Assembly (NCBI GenBank): GCA_004554205.1
Contig: SFNH01000002.1
Span: 765 to 64,764 of the forward strand
Source: Clostridium sp.
GTDB lineage: Bacteria; Bacillota; Clostridia; Lachnospirales; Lachnospiraceae
Direction: 5' to 3'
Length of the DNA stretch: 64,000 bases
Part shown: one piece after another, positions 61,740 to 64,000 of the stretch
Numbering within the stretch: the stretch's first letter is position 1
Layout: each line of letters begins with the position of its first letter
Made by a program: the position numbers and the translations under genes
The notes under the pieces: generated by a model
Told to the model about the DNA's origin: nothing
Seen by the model: only the letters and a program-made list of their open reading frames with translations
Database searches by the model: none

Positions 61740-64000
61740 TCATCCTCTCTTCTTTCCGATCGGTTTTATGTTTCCTGCTCTGAACGGTTTTAAAGCCCGT
61801 ATTTTTATCGGTTTTAAGTTCCATGACCTGCCCGGTTTCTCGTCCTCGGACACAAATTCAGGGTTCTCTCCGCGGCGGCGGTAATATTTTCCCCACAGTA
61901 TCACCCCCAGAATCGCGATGCTGATCAATGAGATCAAAAGACCGTTCCGCCCCCCATCCGGCTCATAGCGCATGGTAATGGTATGGCTGCCCGGCTTTAA
62001 CCATATCCGGATAAAGGCGTCAAGCCCCTTCTCCGGCGTCTGATCCTGACCGTCTACCGTGATTTTCCATCCCCTGTCATAAGGGATCGTAGTCATCAAA
62101 AAGCCGTTCTTATCGCAGGCGATCGTCCCCTCGAGGGAGGTATCCGTCCAGCTCGTCAACTGCCAGGTCTTCTTCGTGAGCTTGCTGCATACGCCTGCCA
62201 GCCCGTCCGCGGAAAAGCGGTACACATCCGCCCACAGATTCTCCTTCGTACCATCCGCCGTCAGCGTCACAACCTCGCCCGCCGTGCAGTAGCCAAGCTC
62301 CAGAAGATAACCACGGCTCACCTTCGTGAATGTTTTTGTCCCTTTTCCGGTCGTTGCCGTCACCTGATCTATTTTCTTATTTGCGACGTAAGCGTAATAC
62401 TCGCCGTCCTCCTGCGGACGGAAGGTCAGGGTCTGCCCCTCGGCCGCCGTATCCATCACCATCTCGAGCACATGAGGTACTTCCAGCGCATCCGTCAGAC
62501 TGTTCTGGACATCTGCCGGATTCCCCGTTTCGAGATCCCACTGCTGCTCAAAGTCCTCTTCTGTCCAGAAGCCGAGCGGAAGTACATAGTCATTCTGGTA
62601 CAGGTAGGATCTGCCCTCCCGGCCCAGGAAAGTCCGCAGATCCCCAGGCTCCGCCGGCTCCGAATAGACTGCGTATTTCAGGGAGCACAGGGCGTCGACA
62701 AGCGGCGTGCTTCCCACTATGCTGTAGGCGTTGGTCGAGCTCTCGCAGCCAAGCCTTTTAAAGAGCTTCGTCAGATCTGCATTTGCCGTGGAGGAGAACA
62801 GGGATACCGACGGGAAGTTCATCCAGGCACCGTCATTTTTTGTTTTCCTCGTCACTTTTTTCACCCGGAAAAAGTCGGAATCAAGGCGAACCGAATCCAC
62901 CAGCTTTTTCACGGCATCATTATCCTCTACATAGTCCGTCCGGCTTGTAACCGGCACACTTGTCACCGCCATATTGACCGCCGACTCGACGCACACCACC
63001 ACCAGTGCCAATAAAAGCGCCCACGAATGCCAGCGCGGCCCTCTCCGGTACATGGCAATGACTGCCAGATACAGCGCCAGAAACAAAATCGCCACATAAA
63101 ATACAATAAAATGGAAGTCTTCCTCCGTCACCAGCTTCTGTGCCAGCAAAACAAACACGACTGCCCCGGCAAATGCTCCCACCACATACTTCCATGGCAT
63201 CTCGTCAAGATGCATATAAGCCCTGTAGCACACAAGAAGCATCAGGCAGATATAAATATAGGAGTGGCGGCATGGCAGGCTGTTCGGGAAATGGAAGCCG
63301 TGCCAGATAAAATTCAGGATATTCACGGAAAAAGTCGCAAGGAAGAACAACAGCAGCAGGCTGTATACCGTTCTCTCCTTCACCGATATCTTCCGGTTCC
63401 CCACATAGAGCAGGAAAAACATCAGCACCGCCACACCACAGTAAATATTCGGCCAATGACCCAGGCCAACCTCTGTCTCGACATTTCCGATATGGCGCGC
63501 GAGCATATCAATGATCGAGAAATACTGCGTAATGGTTTTGGGGAAGGTGGCATCCCCGGAGGCCGTCATCTGAAGCGCATAGACCGCAGGGAGGATCACC
63601 ACAGCCGCGAGCCCGGCGGCAAGCAGGGAGTATGCGGCGAATCGGCAAAGCCGCCTGATAAATTTCTCCCAGTCCATCTTATTCTCCAGCACCAGCAGCG
63701 CGACAAAGTACAGCGCCAGAAACGTGCAGGTCATCATGGAGATATAGTAATTGGACAGGATGGAAACTGCCAGGGTAACACAGTAAAACATCCCTTTTCC
63801 GTCCTTCACCAGACGTTCCAGCCCAAGCATTACGAGCGGGAACAGAATGATGCAGTCCAGCCACATAATATTCCAGTTATAGGCCGCCATATACCCGGAC
63901 AGAGCGTAAAATATTCCGAAAAACGCAACGCCAAAATCCTTCGTGCCGCAGTGCTTTCTCAGATAGTACGTCATTGACAGACCGCTGAGGCCGATCTTAA
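61740..64000 (-). CDS. YfhO family membrane protein, GT-C glycosyltransferase-like (5'-partial)
   Basis: NIMWLD, SNYYISMM, WHGFHFPNSLPCR, TIPYDRGWKITVDG; frame open to window end. Confidence 0.88.
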   Translation of the reverse strand, partial: KIGLSGLSMTYYLRKHCGTKDFGVAFFGIFYALSGYMAAYNWNIMWLDCIILFPLVMLGLERLVKDGKGMFYCVTLAVSILSNYYISMMTCTFLALYFVALLVLENKMDWEKFIRRLCRFAAYSLLAAGLAAVVILPAVYALQMTASGDATFPKTITQYFSIIDMLARHIGNVETEVGLGHWPNIYCGVAVLMFFLLYVGNRKISVKERTVYSLLLLFFLATFSVNILNFIWHGFHFPNSLPCRHSYIYICLMLLVCYRAYMHLDEMPWKYVVGAFAGAVVFVLLAQKLVTEEDFHFIVFYVAILFLALYLAVIAMYRRGPRWHSWALLLALVVVCVESAVNMAVTSVPVTSRTDYVEDNDAVKKLVDSVRLDSDFFRVKKVTRKTKNDGAWMNFPSVSLFSSTANADLTKLFKRLGCESSTNAYSIVGSTPLVDALCSLKYAVYSEPAEPGDLRTFLGREGRSYLYQNDYVLPLGFWTEEDFEQQWDLETGNPADVQNSLTDALEVPHVLEMVMDTAAEGQTLTFRPQEDGEYYAYVANKKIDQVTATTGKGTKTFTKVSRGYLLELGYCTAGEVVTLTADGTKENLWADVYRFSADGLAGVCSKLTKKTWQLTSWTDTSLEGTIACDKNGFLMTTIPYDRGWKITVDGQDQTPEKGLDAFIRIWLKPGSHTITMRYEPDGGRNGLLISLISIAILGVILWGKYYRRRGENPEFVSEDEKPGRSWNLKPIKIRALKPFRAGNIKPIGKKRG

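Overview
64 kb of moderately high-GC Firmicutes chromosome; gene content and promoter style suggest Lachnospiraceae/Clostridia. It is mostly core genes: cdaR-like-ftsEX-M23-ctpA, msmX, nfo, folD/fchA, argCJBD, argG, argH, galT, metK, murA, feoAB, uvrB, rnfCDGEAB, hrcA-grpE-dnaK-dnaJ with a perfect CIRCE, tRNA-Gln(CTG) and two 3D-domain wall hydrolases. Two regions look accessory: a PilT-less type IV pilus/competence-like locus (14.8-22.1 kb) and an AT-rich YhcG/DUF1016 PDDEXK gene between a promoter and uvrB. The main unexplained signal is non-coding. A dispersed palindromic element family with the terminus GTRACWGTTYAG occurs at about 15 intergenic sites. It appears as empty hairpins, as filled elements with reshuffled internal modules, as a nested mosaic and as lone half-ends. 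It supplies the stop codons of three genes, brackets murA and nfo, and borders the AT-rich insert. No transposase or integrase is encoded in the window. Also seen: a candidate rod-shaped sRNA between rnfC and dnaJ, a triple WalR-type box before a 3D-domain gene, and phased putative CdaR operators. All calls come from reading the sequence; no searches were run.
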